Assembly (NCBI GenBank): GCA_002633005.1
Contig: NMRA01000086.1
Span: forward strand, 545,975-589,566
Length of the DNA stretch: 43,592 bases
Reading direction: 5' to 3'
DNA from: Phoronis australis
Lineage: Eukaryota > Animalia > Phoronida
Below the pieces are notes generated by a model that searched no databases, was not told the DNA's origin, and saw nothing but the letters and a program-made list of their open reading frames with translations. Below, one piece after another: positions 21,395 to 33,100 of the stretch (position 1 is the first letter of the stretch; each line of letters opens with the position of its first letter). The translations under genes were made by a program, and so were the position numbers.

Positions 21395-24300
21395 CTGAAA
21401 GTACAAGCATGGAAAGTTTTTAGACTTCGTATCACCATATGCCCAGTGGGCTCTTCTGTAGTTAAAGTTCTGAAAGTATAAGTATGTAAAGCTCTTATAC
21501 ACACTCCTCCAGTAAAGGGCTCGTTCAAAAATACAAATGCTGATGATCCAATTTTCAGTGTTCCGCTCAATTTTCCCATTCAACTACAAATGCGGTTAGG
21601 ACGCTTTAAAGTGATACAACTCAGCTCTCAAGAGCTGAAATGCCCTAGTCACACATCTGCGAGAAGGTGACTAAAGAGAAGTTAAGTCGAGCCCTGATAA
21701 GGAATGTTTACGTTATTGACGATGCCACTCGAGACTCAGTCCTGTGACTGCGTAGCCTTGGTACAAAAATGTTTAACTGAAGAGCTTTGGAAAGATGTGG
21801 TTAAAAACTGGTGAAATAAAATTTGACACAAAACTGATGTCATTAAAAACTACATTTTTCCTTCATCAAAGCAAATTCCATACCATTACTCTGATAGGCT
21901 TTGGACGCCATGAAAATCTATATTGGCACAATTTTTTAAGCGATTCTGTTCTTCCACTAAGTTCTGTATAACTGCTGACAAGTTACCAAAATTTGTTCCA
22001 CATCGTTAAGTTTTTAGTATTTGTTACCAAGAAACAGACTTCTGGACAAATTTTGCTTGTCAGCAGATTTGTCATCTCCCAAACGATGCTGAAAAAAATC
22101 AAGCAAAGGCATTGTGTTACAAGTGTATTGTTTTTAGTTGATGGAAAGTTTTTAACACAAAAGCTAGAGAACGATGCAACAAAATGACGCTGATCAGATT
22201 GTTTTTTACATAAACCACTGTGGGCAAGGTAGGTTTTGGCCGACTCTCAGATTTTGAACGCATCACGACTCTGGTCGTTTGATCAACACAATATGTTTCA
22301 GGACGCGACTAGTGTTATGGAGTTAACCTATAAATGGCGTCTTAGTGCAGTGCATACTGACTTGTCTCCCAAGGTAAGTTGTAATGGTGCTTGCATGTCA
22401 ATCCACCAATCCACAATCAAAGAGGACACTGGATGACCAACTGGATGACGGTCATCTTCAATTCGAAATTTGAAAATGCCAGCACCTTACAATACTATTC
22501 TAGTAAGTATACCAAAATACCAGATATAACAAACAAGTTTTCTGCTGTTTTGTTTCTTGGTCAATTTAAGGCATTCACACCACACTTCTTTTTAGTAGCT
22601 CTTTCGCTGCATTATAGCTTAGCTAGGTATAGACATTTACTTCTAGACTCCCTTGTTACCCTAAGGTGTATCGTTGGCCACATGGGTGAACGTTACGCCG
22701 TTGAATTTACATGCAAAAGATAATTCTTGTAAGAGGACAGGTGTAAAGTAATTATTTGCGGCGATCGAACCTCCCTGGCTATGAGCATGCTGTAATTGTA
22801 TGATATGGGGGAACATTTTCTGTGGACACGGAGAATATTGCAATTGGAAACAATATTAATGAAATCCATTTTTCAGGATTTTTCCCAGGAGGCTAGTAAA
22901 GCTAAGTGTTGCTGTAAAGTATTTGGCAATCATGGGGGGAAATAATATAGTCCGGTTACCTATTTTCGTCAGGCTCCAAAGGTCGTCCGCCATCTTGTTT
23001 CGCGTGCAGCGCAACCACGCGGGACTTAGCGTTCCAATTTGGAGTGCTCGTCTGCACGTTAGGTACTAACCTCTCGGGAGAAACACGCATAGAAAAAGTG
23101 AGACTAAAATTAGTGCATTTACCGACTGTTTTTTTGAGACCACTTAAAAACTTGACGATTTTACTAATGCACTTTTTTGTTCATTTTCAGAAGATATTTT
23201 CGAAATTAAATTTTCTTCAGACGGAACAAAAAGCAACTCAGGGATTGTCTATGCAATGTATCTATTTGTCCCAGGCACTAACCGACACCTGTTAGGCCAA
23301 AGGAAAAACGCAGCAGACAAATGGAATACGCTGGGTGCTTAACAGTTTCGACCCACTCCTTGGTCATCAAAACATTGTCCACTTGTTTTTTTATTGCAAA
23401 GCATAGTACTGAGCTCGACATTTATGTTGACATTTTTGATTAAAGCATTTTGAATTTATTTGAAGAAAATTAAAATACTTGAATTGATAGAGAATGGCCA
23501 CCAATAAAGTAAAACATTGACTTTATTTCACTATATTGCATTGTTACATACAACACAGCATGACATAATCAAAAATAAAAGAAGAGATTGAGCAATAAAA
23601 TTCAAATGCGACTTGGGTATTTATTTATTTATTTATGATTGCATAAGCCTGTTAAAGATGAGAAAAAATCAAACAATACGATTATGGGTAATTTATTAGA
23701 ACAATTGTATTGAGGTTCAATGATCAACTTGCGCCGACAAAGTCTCAAAGGGTTATAGTTCTGTTCTGGCTGACAAGGTGTTAACAGAGAATGAAGACAA
23801 ACTGAAAAGAAAAAGTAAGACAGCAAAGATAAGTGGTGTTAAGTACAACAAGAGCAAAAAGTCAAATAAAGAGGTCACAAACAGAAATAAGTAAGGTATA
23901 TCTGGAATAAAACAATCCAGGGCTCAGCCGTGATTTATTTTCCAGAACTGAAATTCTAAATCAATTTTAATCGATTTAAAAATCGATATCATACTAGTAA
24001 AGCAGTTTGTGGTTGAAGTAGAATTGCTGTATACCACTTTCCACTATTTTCTTGGCCTTTTTCTGTGTGGTTTGCTGTTCTTTCAAAAGGCGGCAGCATA
24101 TGACGACCATAGGTGTCATTATAAAATGGCTGCCGAAAAGCAATGCACAGTTGAAGAACTCGGCATAAGTAAAAGAAAACGTTTGAATCAACGAATACTA
24201 TATATTTGTGAGAGTTAAATCAAATCCTATTCAGATCATAACTTTGAAGTGGAATGATTGGGTGAGTACGACAACAAGCCGGTTTTATGCTTAGGCGGAC

Positions 24301-25107
24301 GACCATTGGGTTCCCGAGTATACGTCTATAGTCTAGAGGACTGCATCATTGGCAAAGAGACGGAACTTTGAAAAAATAGAGTCAGGGAGGTCGTTAATTT
24401 ATAGTATGAAGAGTGCAGGACCAAGGTCAAGACAGAGCCCTGAGCCCCTGGGGTACCCCGTACTCTACTGGACTACTGGGGAAGAATTTGAGAACTTGCC
24501 ATCGACGGCGACTCTCTGTGTTCTATGATTTCTATCAGATAGAAAGGATTTGATCCAAATGTGAAAGAGACCCTCACACCTTAGTATCTGATCTTCTCCA
24601 AAAGTCTTTGATGAGATAGGCCTAACGTATCGACAAAGGCTTTGACATTTGTAGAAGTTCAGCACCACGGCGTCGGTTTGAGTGCCTGCTAGAATTTCGG
24701 AACCGGTGGATTTTTCAACAACTAGGGACTACTAGTATTGATGATTTGAAGATTTTACAAGTTTTTAATTGATCTTTGGTCAGACGGTAATGTAGTAATA
24801 GCCGAGATTACTCGACCCGGGAATCGAACCCGCGACCCCCATAAAACCGGCAAGCCTGCTAACCATTCAGCTAATAGGCAATTGCCCGTTAGCGAGTAGC
24901 TAACAGAGGCTCATGATTCACCGGAAGCACATCTACAACAGTAATTTATAGTTTTCTCACCCGTAGTAGGTAATCATCGAGTGACATTCGAATGACTCGA
25001 ACTTTTGCTAAATTGTTGGGATATGTAGAAGACACTTGACCAAGTAACCACGACGAGTTCTGTTTAAAAACATCGTAAAATTTACTCAGATCCCTGAATC
25101 TCGGCAT
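21140..25107 (-). CDS. MRPS17: Mitochondrial 28S ribosomal protein S17 (uS17m); complement(join(21140..21394,24961..25107)), 133 aa
   Basis: MPRFRD...WLLGQVSSTYPNNLAKVRVIRMSLDDYLLR|YFNYRKDYWAYDDSLKAKRGDIVLIKELPEQKTKLVTHQVTEVVYKVGEVVDPCTGRLCVG matches the recalled MRPS17 pattern (AKVRV..L.LD.YLL.YF..RK...GDIVL...DP.TG..C). Phase-0 GT-AG intron. Confidence 0.92.
24185..24330 (-). mobile_element. Fragment of an interspersed repeat, inverted homologue of 41257-41400
   Basis: The reverse complement reads GTATACTCGGGAACCCAATGGTCGTCCGCCTAAGCATAAAACCGGCTTG...TTCCACTTCAAAGTTATGATCTGAATAGGATTTGATTTAACTCTCAC, nearly identical to the 41.3-kb copy. Confidence 0.75.
24332..24690 (-). mobile_element. Decayed CR1/L2-type LINE reverse-transcriptase fragment in the MRPS17 intron
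   Basis: Broken frames give WIKSFLSDR..QRVAVDGKFS...GVPQG...LGPALFIL*INDLP...RLFANDAVL (RT GVPQGS and FADD motifs, degenerate). Confidence 0.85.
24808..24900 (-). mobile_element. tRNA-derived SINE-like head
   Basis: Minus strand has A-box-like TAGCTGAATGGTTAG and B-box GGTTCGATTCCC, but no complete cloverleaf. Confidence 0.55.
24961..25107 (-). CDS. MRPS17: MRPS17 first coding exon
   Basis: caagccATGCCG start; CTA CTA CGG|gtgaga donor. Confidence 0.88.
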
Positions 25108-27201
25108 GGCTTGCTTCTTTTTCCCAACTTCATACACCAGAGAACTGACGATAACTCAGTGCCACCTGGTGTTTGTTTACTGAAACTAGTTGGACTCATT
25201 GACAAACAAAACTCTGCACGATTTTACCTATAAGGTCGACCAATGTTGTGGAACTTGAAAGGCAAAATTCCTGAGGTTGTCAACTAGACAGAACTTTTAG
25301 AAAATTAATTTTAATTCTAATTTGATATCTAGTGAATTAAGAGATAGAACCCTATGGTTCTATGTTTAAGACTGCAGGGTCTGGATATGCAAAAGCAGCA
25401 TAAAATCAGTAAATTGAACATGGTTTATTTTGTTGCGCAAAATTAGCATGACAACAATTACTACATGGTCTACATTCATGAACATCAATGCAACCACAAA
25501 AAAATTACAAAAATATAATATGTCACAAAAATGCAACAAGTGTAACAGGTCAGTCCGAGTGCAATAGAACTACTAATCTCTGACACAGCACCACCTATAC
25601 TGAAAAGTACCTTTCGTAGCACTGTGAAAGAGTGTAAGTGAAATACTTCATCTGTGACATGCTTCAACATTTAGGCATTACATAAATGAATCATGAAAAC
25701 TAAAATAATTAGAAGGTAGCCATTTGCTTGATCTTTGGGATGGTACATTCAGTCCAATCACACACAAAGTGGACACCAAGTGTTGTGTCGACCTCGTACA
25801 TTGTACCGGTAATAGAAATACGGCATTATTTTGAAGGTAGACCTTCAATTCACAACAATAAAGCATATCTTAAAGTGATTACACCAATCGGATCTGTAAA
25901 AGAACTAACTTTTGATTTAGAATACTTACAGCTGTGACACTGCACCCCACACGAGGCCTGTTTTTGGGGGGGCTTGGAAAAACACCAGTTCGTTGTTGCT
26001 CGAGACTATGCTCCATGCAGTGACCCCCGTGACAAGCTAGTTTTTAGAGCCTATTCTCAAGCAATAACTAACTGTCAGTTCTTCTAAAGGCCAGAAATCA
26101 CTGAATTACTAAATCGACCAATTTCATAATGACAAGTGTTCCAGGTCAAACATTAGATTTTGTGCAGGAAGGGCAGATTTCTAACCACCTTAAGTACAAT
26201 ACTCCTCATACCTGGGACTATTTATACCAACAGCCATTTGTGCAAACCATACACCGCCCCATTGCCATCGCTTGATTTTAAGTAGAGTATACCCATATGC
26301 TCTATTTTTTTACAGACCAGTAATTATTTGCTGAAACTGTACATGTTTTTGAAGACCCATTTATCATTGAACTGAAATGGTATAATAAAACGATTCTTTT
26401 AAAACAATTCTGCACACATTCTTGAAGTAACAAAAACAATACATAAAGCACTGCACTTTGCCCTTTTCCAACATCACCAATTTTATGACCGCAATAGTGT
26501 ACAATATAGCAGCGTAAAAACTGCGATAATTGTGAATTGTCCAGAGCATGAAACAAATTTTAAGAAATCCTGCCAAACATTGGATAAAGTGAAAAGCATG
26601 TGTTGTATTTTCAGCTCACCCCGTGACACAACTTTCCAACACAATCTCGTTCAAAGAACTTAAAACAAACAAAACAAAACAAATTCTACTCAAATGCAAG
26701 ACAATGTCGTCATTGTCTGGTAAATGTTAAGAGTAACATGCCCAGCAAATAAGCATAAACGTCTTTTAAAGCCTTACTTCAACGGAATTTTATTACTTTA
26801 GATGTATTAGGCTAACCAGATAGTCCTAGAAAAGCCTTAGTAAAATAAGAAAACGCGAGTTCAATCACCACAAGTGTAAGCCCGTCAAATGATAAGTGAA
26901 TCTGCCTTTTCGAGCAATGTTGCGTCACCGCGAGATCCCAGCACAAGCAAAAAAGGTTGTATTGAATAGGGGTCTGAATAGAACACCATTGCGTGCAGGT
27001 GTTATTCGCAGCTGTTTGAATTAAAAGGTGATTCTCGCGATAACTACCGTAAACAAAACCAAGCTAATACGCCTAACAGTTCATTACATTTGCCAATTTA
27101 TGGCACTAGTGGGCCAAAAGCGATGCTCTTAACATACTGTACGAACCAAATTTACATGTGTTACCATTGAAGATAGGCTTTAAAGACACCCGAGACCGAC
27201 A

Positions 27202-27397
27202 GATGTAGCCAGATACAGTAGTCCGGATGTAGCCAGATATAGTAGTGAGGATGTAGCCAGATACAGGAGTGAGGATGTAGCCAGATACAGTAGTGTAGAT
27301 GTAGCCAGATACAGCAGTGTAGATGTATCCAGATACAGGAGTGAGGATGTAGCCAGATATAGCTGCAATGTGGATGTTGCCAGATATAGCAGTATGT
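27202..27397. repeat. Minisatellite, 24-bp unit (GATGTAGCCAGATACAGTAGTGAG), about 8 copies
   Basis: Directly visible diverged tandem repeat. Confidence 0.92.
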
Positions 27398-28394
27398 AGT
27401 AACCAGAGGTTTATTTCATGAAAAGTGACTCAAGACTTACGACAGTAATTTGGTCTTTCACTCCAAGCAATTGTTTCTGGAAAATAATTAAAACTCACTT
27501 TAACAAACAGAGCAGTCTGAGAATATACGCATAACTGCTACGTACTGAGAAAATTTGTTCAAAATTACTTGCAGGAAGTAATGTGCTAACAAGTAGATAC
27601 CTAAAAGTTTATTTGTTAACGGCAAAGTGGGAACACAAGACCAAATTCACTTTTGATGAAACAAACCCCAGGCCTCTCCCAACTTGCACAACTATGTTAA
27701 ATAATTTTATGCAAACAAACACCAAGCACCCAACCACTATGACTGTTATATCAAGTTTAAATTATGAATTTTGTTTTGTTTTTCACGTTTTAAACCATCT
27801 TGAACTTGCTTAATCTTAATTTCGTTAGTAGGCATTTTTGCCCTGTGAATGTACTCAATAGCACATGGTTATGAGGACTTGTGACAGGTCTAAACATCTT
27901 AGTAAATTTGCACTCACTGGCAGAACTAAGCATGAAAAGGTGGTCAACCAGGCTTCTGATTACTTCATAGAATCATTCAGACACTGATTGGTTGGAGGGT
28001 GGTGAACATAGCTTCTGACTGGTTCAAAAGAGACACTGATTGGTTGAATGGTAGCATCGGATTTTCCCCTCAGTTAGAAGTTCAGAAATGCTTTTGTGAG
28101 TGGCGACAGTAGCAACAGCAACAGAAGAAGCATTCAAAATAACTTGGTGTTCTGTGACTCATTCACGATAACAAGGTATCAACTAAAACAATAAACATAT
28201 CACATGTCTTGCCCATTTGCTCAGTGACAAACCTCCAATCTACTGCATGCAAACTGATGCCTACACACATAATTATGTGTGCCAAAGTAACAACCAGAGA
28301 TGGCGCTGTAAAACAGTGAATGCTTCTGTTCGTTTCTGAATATGATCTTTTTGGTGGCATAATATTTGTTGAGTTGTAGCAGGAGTGTAAACAT

Positions 28395-28532
28395 ATTAGA
28401 GCTGCAGACACTTACACATTAGAGCTGCAGACACTTACACATTAGAGCTGCAGACACTTACAAATTAGAGCTGCAGACACTTACACATTAGAGCTGCAGA
28501 CACTTACACATTAGAGCTGCAGACACTTACAC
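28395..28532. repeat. Minisatellite, 23-bp unit (ATTAGAGCTGCAGACACTTACAC), 6 copies, in the probable CTDP1 3' UTR
   Basis: Directly visible; begins about 140 nt downstream of the CTDP1 stop. Confidence 0.95.
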
Positions 28533-28673
28533 ATCTGAAACAATACAATTACTTGAGCTGACCCAACAACTATGCAAATGTCTGCCATTTTGATTCAAAA
28601 CAACTACTTTGTGTTACCGTACACCTTTCCCATGGTAATCCCAACTGGAACAGACATGGCACCAGAAAACAGC

Positions 28674-30116
28674 CTAAAAAGGCGTTTGTCGCGATATCAA
28701 TTTTTCAACTTCCGCTGCCATCTCCTCGTCCACAGATCCAATAGACTCAGCATAATCAGAATCGGCTCCACTACTACTATTGTCACCACCGAGACGAAAC
28801 GACCCCTCACCATTATCCCCATCATCATCGTCTCCATCGCCAACATCCTCTCCCACCCCATCCCGATCGTCTTGTTTAACCTTCCTTTTCCCTTTGCCTT
28901 CGTGTCGCCTTTTCCACCCCTTCGGATACTCCCCACTTAGGCTCTCCTCGCTCGACGACTCTGATTCACCACTGAGGACACGACGGCGCAACTCACGCTC
29001 CGCCCTCTCAGAGTCATTGTCACTTTCACTGTCCAGGTCGTTCTCACTCTCCAAAATCTCCTCAACTTCCTTGTCCATGTCTTCGAGCTCATCTGAAGAG
29101 AACGAGAAAAGAGGATTAAAGCTCCGTGCAAAAGACTGTGAAGAAACGGCGCTCTGTTGCTCCATCTCCACATCAGCAAACACCGACTCGCCACTGCCAG
29201 ATGGGTTGACCTTTCCCAATCCAGTCTGCGTGGCGTAATCTTTGACCTGATTATTCGCACTATTGCGAGGCTCCAATTTAGTTCGTTTTGATACACCGGA
29301 GACAGCGTTTTCCAACAGCGGGTCAACAGGGGACTTTTCTAAACTCCCATGCTTACGCTTCAGAGATGTTTCCTCCTTGACTACTAATGCGTCAGGACTT
29401 TTGTCACGAGAACCGGAAGACAGAAAAGTGGAGGTTAGCAAAAATAGTCGTTCATCTACACGTTCCCACCTGTCATTGCAGGCAGCCAGCCAATCGGGTG
29501 TCACTACACAGACACCGTTGCTCCTCTGAGCCTGCTTGACTTTCTCCGTGCCTAGTCTGGCTGCCACGACATGTGTCGTCCTGTTAGGGTTCTCCCCCAC
29601 CGCAGGCACAAACGACGTCTGCACAGTGGCGCCGAGTGACCGGGCAACGTGGTATTCTCGCGACTTCTCTAAAGGCACATTTAGCGGGAAGACACCGCTG
29701 AAGACAATGTTACAACCTTTCAGCGTTTTCTTTTTCACGTACGGTACAATGTTCTTGAGATCGGGCATGTCTAATGGCTTTCCCGACTTAGCGCTCATCT
29801 CGTCGCACACATCAAAATAAGCTTTATGAATACGTGTCAGGATTTCCTCGAGGTGAGTCAAATAGTCATCGGAGTCTTCCCACTCAATCACATCCTCTTT
29901 TGTATCACTTGGCTCACTACTGCTTTTATAAGAGTGCCCTCTATTGGACTTTTTTGTATCCATGTCACCATCATTATCAACATTGTTTTCGGACAACATC
30001 TTGCCCATTGAAGTAGTTGTGCTGTTACTGGACTTGACTGCAGCCTCCTCGTGATCTTGGGAGTCTGGTTCATTGTCGGCACCTGCTGTATCTTTCTGCG
30101 TTGACTCTGAGTGCCC
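28674..30116 (-). CDS. CTDP1: CTDP1 coding exon 7 (linker, BRCT, acidic tail)
   Basis: gttttag|GGG CAC TCA... in frame with the 444-aa ORF ending in TAG. Confidence 0.93.
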   Translation of the reverse strand, partial: GHSESTQKDTAGADNEPDSQDHEEAAVKSSNSTTTSMGKMLSENNVDNDGDMDTKKSNRGHSYKSSSEPSDTKEDVIEWEDSDDYLTHLEEILTRIHKAYFDVCDEMSAKSGKPLDMPDLKNIVPYVKKKTLKGCNIVFSGVFPLNVPLEKSREYHVARSLGATVQTSFVPAVGENPNRTTHVVAARLGTEKVKQAQRSNGVCVVTPDWLAACNDRWERVDERLFLLTSTFLSSGSRDKSPDALVVKEETSLKRKHGSLEKSPVDPLLENAVSGVSKRTKLEPRNSANNQVKDYATQTGLGKVNPSGSGESVFADVEMEQQSAVSSQSFARSFNPLFSFSSDELEDMDKEVEEILESENDLDSESDNDSERAERELRRRVLSGESESSSEESLSGEYPKGWKRRHEGKGKRKVKQDDRDGVGEDVGDGDDDDGDNGEGSFRLGGDNSSSGADSDYAESIGSVDEEMAAEVEKLISRQTPF

Positions 30117-33100
30117 CTAAAACAGCATGTGATCATTGGATTAACACTACCTTACCAACTTTAAAGGGGCAAAAAACTCACACCTTCTGTAAAAAAGTAT
30201 TAGTTCGGCCAGTTAGTGTTATAAAATCGGTCTCATCTTGTCCCTTACTCAGATTAGAAATAGTTTCTAAGAATGAGAAGAATTGACAGACTGCTTGATA
30301 CTAGGGCCACTCAGTAGTCAGTCAAGGCAGCATGCACTCAGTCACCAAGGCAGAACAATCATCAGGAAAACTACAGATTTTAAGATTTTTTGTTTCCAGT
30401 TTCAATTCAAACAAAGGGTGAGAATGCAACGACATTACTTTGCAAGAGTTAATATGCTGGTGAAGAAAGTTGTTGTTAATGGTAGCATTAAAGGGACACA
30501 AAAGTAATTTACAGAATTGAACAGCAGCGCAAAAACGAACCAAATAACTTTGCCAAAGCACTTTGTAGTTGAGCCTAATCCAAGAGTTACTTAGCAGAGG
30601 GTATTTAAAGTGCTTAAAATCACCAATCTGAAATGCGCCCACGAATGCATTGCAAATGGTGTGCTTTTAGGGTTATTTATTTGTATCATAAAAATGGCCA
30701 CTAGATGGCGCAAAAACATACAATCCATTCAAAAACAGGAACATGCCATATTTCATAAAAATCTGTCAAGGAAGTTCAGAGAAACAAAGGAAAACAGAAT
30801 AAAATGAAATTGCCACTAGTGCGCACAGTGTCCGTTGGATGCGACTGAAAGTCGTCGTCGTCTGTTGGTAACTTCATATAAATACACTTATTAAATTTAG
30901 TAAAGTTCCTGCAGTGGGTTTAGGAGATACAACTATGGGCACGAAACAAAACTACCACTAGGAGGCGCCACAGTAGTCAGTCACCATCATCAAAGGTCAT
31001 CTCCACACTGAGAACATATATGCCAATTTTCAAATGATTTGGTTGATACAGGGGTGGACACCAAAAACAAGATTTGAAAACAGCAAAAAATGGCCACAAG
31101 GTGGTGCAAAATACCTGGATTCCATCCAAAAACAGGAAGATAGCGTCATCACACCAATAGATGCCTATATTTAGAATTTTATGAAAATCTGTTGAGGACC
31201 TTTGAAGATACTGAGTTAAACGTAAAAAAATTAAAATTGCCACTAGGGGGCACAACAGTAGTCAGATCTGTCCGAAAGTCGTTGTCATCTGTAGCCAACA
31301 TCACTTGCTAAATTAAGTAAAGATCCTGCGAATGGTTTAGGTGCTTACATATTAAATTTCATGAAAATCCGTTAAGGACTTTTGAAGATACAAAGGTAAA
31401 CGTAAAAAAATAAAATTGCCACTAGGAGGCACACCGGTAGTCGGATCTGTCCAACAGTTGTCGTCTATTGTTAACATCATATAAATATACTTACTAAATT
31501 TCGTAAAGATCCTGTGAAGGGTTTAGGAGATACAGCCATAGGCGCAAAAAAAAAAACTGCCACTAGGAGGCGCCACGGTATTCAAAATCGTCGGAAAATC
31601 GTCAACCGTCCTCTTTATAGTAAGCACATACATGCCAATTTTCACAATCATCCTTTGAGCGGTTTGGTTGATAGAGGGGTGGACGCAAAAAAACAGACTC
31701 GAAAACAGTAAAAATTGCCACTAGGTGGCGCAAACTACGTCGAATCCATCCGAAAACGGGAGGATATCAACATCTCACTAATAAGTGCCTACATAACGAA
31801 TTACTTGAAAATCCGTTCAGGACTTTTACAGATACAAAGGTAAGTGTAAAAAATAAAATTGCCACTAGGGGGCACACCGGTAGTCGGATCCGTCCGAAAG
31901 TTCGCTCATGCCGTCCCATTCATAAATGGAACATATGTGCCAAATTTCATAAACGTAAGTCAAAGGGTTTTGGAAATAGAGCAGCGAACCCAGGAGGCCA
32001 GACGGACGCTGCCCGGACAGACATACGGACAGAGATGACGGCATAATGCATCCACATATAAATATGTGAGCGCATAAAAAACAACCCCAACAGTCGATCA
32101 GCTGTCAAATTAGAACACCTGCAAACACTTTCTGACGATATTTTAATAAGCTGATCTCTAGTTACGAGCATTTGTTAATTGAAACACGCTACATAAAACT
32201 GGGACAACCAATCACAGCACTAGTCATCCTCCATTGTGTTTAGTTTGAAAAATCGTCCGATATTGCCGCTCGCTTTCCCATGGTTTGTGATGCACTAAAG
32301 GCGAGGTGTTGTGGTTGTGACCATTGTGATATGCAGAACTATAAAAGAAGGTTAAATGATGCCGGCAATGTAGTAACTAGTCAAAACAAGGTAAATGGTG
32401 GTTTTAAGCACTTCAAATGATAGACACTGGCCTTGATTTCACTGAACGTCTGGCACACAACCAAAATTGGCGATTTGTAATAGAATCACAAAAAAAAACA
32501 GATTTTGTTGTTTGATAGCTCTGGTCAGAGATAATAACTTCAAGAAGTCTATCGCATCCTACAATAATCCCAGGAAAGTGTTTTTGGACATAAATCGAAA
32601 GAAATATCAAACCTACCTAGTGGCAATTCCGCCAAAAATCAATGAATTTGTGATATTGCCATGGTTTTGTGGAGATTTGTGACACATTAGAAACAAGACA
32701 CAACAATGATAAAAACCCTAAAGACCAGAGTGACAGCTAACAACCAGTCTCGATAAGTGTGAATAACGACTTACGGCATACACAAAGCCCTCACTCACCT
32801 TTCCCCGTTCCTTGACATGAGGTGGTTCTGTCTTGGTGTCTTGTTCATCCTTACCCAGGCCAGGGGGTGCGTTGATGTCCGCTGTACCCACGAAGAAATG
32901 GTACGGTTTGACGTGCACCAGGTTCTTGGCAAAGTTCCACACGTCCTCGCGGTCATCAATGATGACCACCATAGAGTCACCGCATGGAAACAGAGCCCTG
33001 CAAAGAACAGACATGAAGTCAACAGTAGAACTTTTATCAAGCCATGAGTTTCCACTGTATAATTTTAATTTTTTCAAGAGCAAGTTTCCAAACAAAAAGA

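Noticed and set aside
21140-21583. Single-exon 147-aa MRPS17 ORF as given in the ORF track
   Set aside because: Its N-terminal part is intron read-through; the real N-terminus is in the exon at 24961-25107.
24808-24900. tRNA gene (also considered at 34485-34560)
   Set aside because: A and B boxes are present but no complete acceptor stem or anticodon arm can be folded; treated as SINE heads.
26600-26700. Candidate non-coding first exon of MRPS17 (minus-strand GTGAGC donor-like site near 26619)
   Set aside because: Only a short donor-like motif supports it; transcript data are needed.
28572-30016. Several plus-strand and alternative-frame ORFs overlapping CTDP1 exon 7
   Set aside because: They are shadow ORFs of a real low-complexity coding exon with no recognisable protein features.
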